Origin: Candidatus Sumerlaeia bacterium
GTDB taxonomy: Bacteria; Sumerlaeota; Sumerlaeia; SLMS01
Length of the DNA stretch: 54,000 nucleotides
Assembly: GCA_020831705.1 (NCBI GenBank)
Contig: JAFIGB010000312.1
Location: 1 to 54,000, forward strand
Reading direction: 5' to 3'
Part shown: in pieces, positions 52,323-54,000 of the stretch
Numbering within the stretch: position 1 is the stretch's first letter
Layout: each line of letters begins with the position of its first letter
Program-made: the position numbers and the translations under genes
The notes under the pieces: generated by a model
Told to the model about the DNA's origin: nothing
Database searches by the model: none
Seen by the model: the letters and a program-made list of their open reading frames with translations, nothing else

Positions 52323-53508
52323 CAAGCCCCTTGACCAGATCGAAGAACGTGACATCCAACAGCTCATCGATGATCAGGTCATCGAGTCTCGGACTCTTGA
52401 GTACAAGAGTGAACTGCCAAAGTTTGCAGACGGCGAGAAGAAACGCAAGTTCCTTGCAAGCATATCATCTTTTGCTAATACATCGGGGGGTGACCTGATC
52501 TATGGTCTGGCTGAAGTCAGAAAGGAGGATAGCTCTGGTATTGCGGGACGTATAGTTGGTATTGATAATACCGATCAAGACGGTTTGAAGCTTCAGCTTC
52601 ACGGCATTATATCGAATGGGATCACGCCACGCATTCAGAACTTGGATTACAAATTCGTTCAATGCGAAGGTGACAAACTCATTCTCATCATCCGCATTCC
52701 TCGCAGTCACCGACGCCCCCACATGGTGAGCCATGACGGTCGCATACGATTCTACGGAAGAACGAGTTCCGGGAGTCATCCTTGGGACTATGTTGAAATC
52801 AAAGACGCCTTCCTCGGCGCCGATCAGGTAACAGAAAGAATCAGGAACTTCCGCCTCGACAGAATCGCTCAGATTATTTCTGGCAAGCACCCTGTTAATA
52901 TTATGGACGATCACATGCTAGTTGTCCACGTTATACCATTCACAGCACTTGAGACTGGAACTGTTCGGCATGTCAACCTGAAGGCTTTCGATGATTATCT
53001 TCCAATCCAATGGGGGGGGCGAGTTGATCGAAGGTATAATTTTGATGGAATTGTCACTTGCCCAGGCGACAGGCATGATGGTTCAACAGCATACTGTCAG
53101 ATCTTCAGAAATGGTATTATTGAGACCGCCATATCAATTTTTATTTCTGGAAATGAGGGGCATCTATACGTAGAAAAAGGGGTGGTTGAAAGCGATTCGG
53201 TTGATATAGTAACCAAATCCCGTGCAAAGCTGCGCGAAGAGGGAATTGATGAAACTCTTGTTATCTTCATTTCGATTTTGAACACTAGCCAGCTAAGGAT
53301 TTCCAAGAGAAATGCCTCATTCGATTCAAGAGACACTATCAATGAAGACAATCTACTTTTTCCAGAGGTCCTCGTCGATGATGCGAATACTCAAGAAGCC
53401 GATGCTTTACAACCCATCTTCGATGCGTTCTGGCAGTCATCAGGGTATGAGAGGTGTTTTCTATACGATAATGAAGGGAACTTTGTTCTTCCCAAGAGAT
53501 ATTATTGA
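52309..53508 (+). CDS. AlbA_2 (Schlafen-type divergent AAA/DNA-binding) domain protein with uncharacterised C-terminal half
   Basis: N-terminal IEERDIQQLIDDQVIESRTLEYKSELP......FLASISSFANTSGGDLIYGL...LILIIRIPRS..RPHMV fits the AlbA_2 pattern. The C-terminal ~230 aa are not recognised. Low-GC codon usage. Confidence 0.7.
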   Translation: MPMLNKPLDQIEERDIQQLIDDQVIESRTLEYKSELPKFADGEKKRKFLASISSFANTSGGDLIYGLAEVRKEDSSGIAGRIVGIDNTDQDGLKLQLHGIISNGITPRIQNLDYKFVQCEGDKLILIIRIPRSHRRPHMVSHDGRIRFYGRTSSGSHPWDYVEIKDAFLGADQVTERIRNFRLDRIAQIISGKHPVNIMDDHMLVVHVIPFTALETGTVRHVNLKAFDDYLPIQWGGRVDRRYNFDGIVTCPGDRHDGSTAYCQIFRNGIIETAISIFISGNEGHLYVEKGVVESDSVDIVTKSRAKLREEGIDETLVIFISILNTSQLRISKRNASFDSRDTINEDNLLFPEVLVDDANTQEADALQPIFDAFWQSSGYERCFLYDNEGNFVLPKRYY

Positions 53509-53740
53509 CAACGCCTTGTTTCTGTATATACTTTAATTGCCCTGAGGTTTCATCCTGATTGATGTCACATCGGTCAAGCCTTCCCGGAGGGAAGGAAGAA
53601 GGATGGCCCCCTATTGTCGCGAAGCGCAATGGGGGGATATCGTGGCAGTAATTATTGCGTGCTGGAAGCACGCCAGACTGTGAAGCAGCAGATCCGAATG
53701 AAGTCATCTATACAGTGTCTGTCAGACTAGACAGAACCCG

Positions 53741-54000
53741 TCAATCGCAGGGCCGGCCAAAGTTATCCCGTACGGCAATGAAATCATCGAGGTTCACCGC
53801 TCCATCGCCATTGGCATCCCCGGCGACAGGGTTGGGTTGTCCGAAGTTGTCGCGGACAGCAATGAAGTCATCAAGATTGACGGCTCCGTCCCCATTGGCA
53901 TCGCCCATGCAGAAGGGCGCGGGGGTCGGTGTCGGGGTTGCTGTCGGTGTCGGCGTTGGCGTCGGTGTCGGCGTCGGTGTGGGTGTTGGTGTTGGTGTTG
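53741..54000 (-). CDS. C-terminal end of a secreted protein: (PT)n linker + two dockerin-type repeats; 5' part outside window
   Basis: Reverse translation reads ...PTPTPTPTPTPTATPTPTPAPFCMGDANGDGAVNLDDFIAVRDNFGQPNPVAGDANGDGAVNLDDFIAVRDNFGRPCD, with stop TGA (plus-strand TCA 53741-53743). The duplicated DANGDGAVNLDDF is the dockerin Ca-binding loop pattern. Confidence 0.75.
   Translation of the reverse strand, partial: TPTPTPTPTPTPTPTPTPTATPTPTPAPFCMGDANGDGAVNLDDFIAVRDNFGQPNPVAGDANGDGAVNLDDFIAVRDNFGRPCD

Larger units (their letters stand above)
51990..53740. other. Low-GC islet (approximate boundaries) between valS and the dockerin-protein gene
   Basis: Hand counts on sample 60-nt lines inside the islet give about 42-50% GC, against about 65% in acs. 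Rare-codon-rich. No integrase, tRNA or convincing flanking direct repeats seen. Confidence 0.6.

Overview
This is a high-GC chromosomal segment (about 60-65% on lines I counted by hand) from a diderm-type bacterium. skp-lpxC-fabZ-lpxI are present and most genes lie on the minus strand. All calls come from reading the ORF track and the sequence by eye, with family assignment by recognised motifs; no searches were run, and all coordinates were counted by hand.

Content, left to right:
- A 5'-partial peptidoglycan-binding protein plus a GspB-like protein.
- An 8.5-kb Mu-like phage structural module: DUF935 portal, protease/scaffold, DUF2190-like protein, HK97-fold major capsid, DUF1320 connector, a 322-aa protein and a 1019-aa tail/host-specificity-like protein. 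No terminase, transposase/integrase, lysis or tail-tube genes are in the window.
- plsX.
- A 600-bp non-coding locus of nested direct and inverted repeats.
- A secreted-protein operon (TPR protein, a 147-aa protein with 14 Cys, a 403-aa protein).
- A 900-aa Amidase_3/FN3 protein.
- An orphan sigma54 enhancer-binding response regulator.
- wecB, an SDR epimerase, a sugar nucleotidyltransferase, and acpP-fabF.
- An EP-rich membrane protein, a FecR/pseudopilin-like fusion, a secreted cyclophilin, and an FGE/SUMF1-family protein.
- A beta-helix protein, a secreted metallophosphoesterase, a YprB-like RNase H/TPR protein, and a GAF-PAS-GGDEF-EAL protein.
- skp-lpxC-fabZ-lpxI and hipBA.
- A 650-aa protein with a CGLC motif, then acs and valS.
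- A roughly 1.7-kb low-GC islet carrying an AlbA_2/Schlafen-type gene.
- The 3' end of a dockerin-bearing protein.

I saw no rRNA, tRNA or CRISPR array.

The most unusual signal is not a gene. The AT-rich word TGTATAGAC/GTCTATACA is strongly over-represented and strand-biased, and it is written through coding regions in all frames. Other leads are the terminase-less phage particle module, the composite repeat locus upstream of plsX, the Cys-rich secreted protein, and the low-GC AlbA_2 islet that sits between valS and an orphan terminator-like hairpin.
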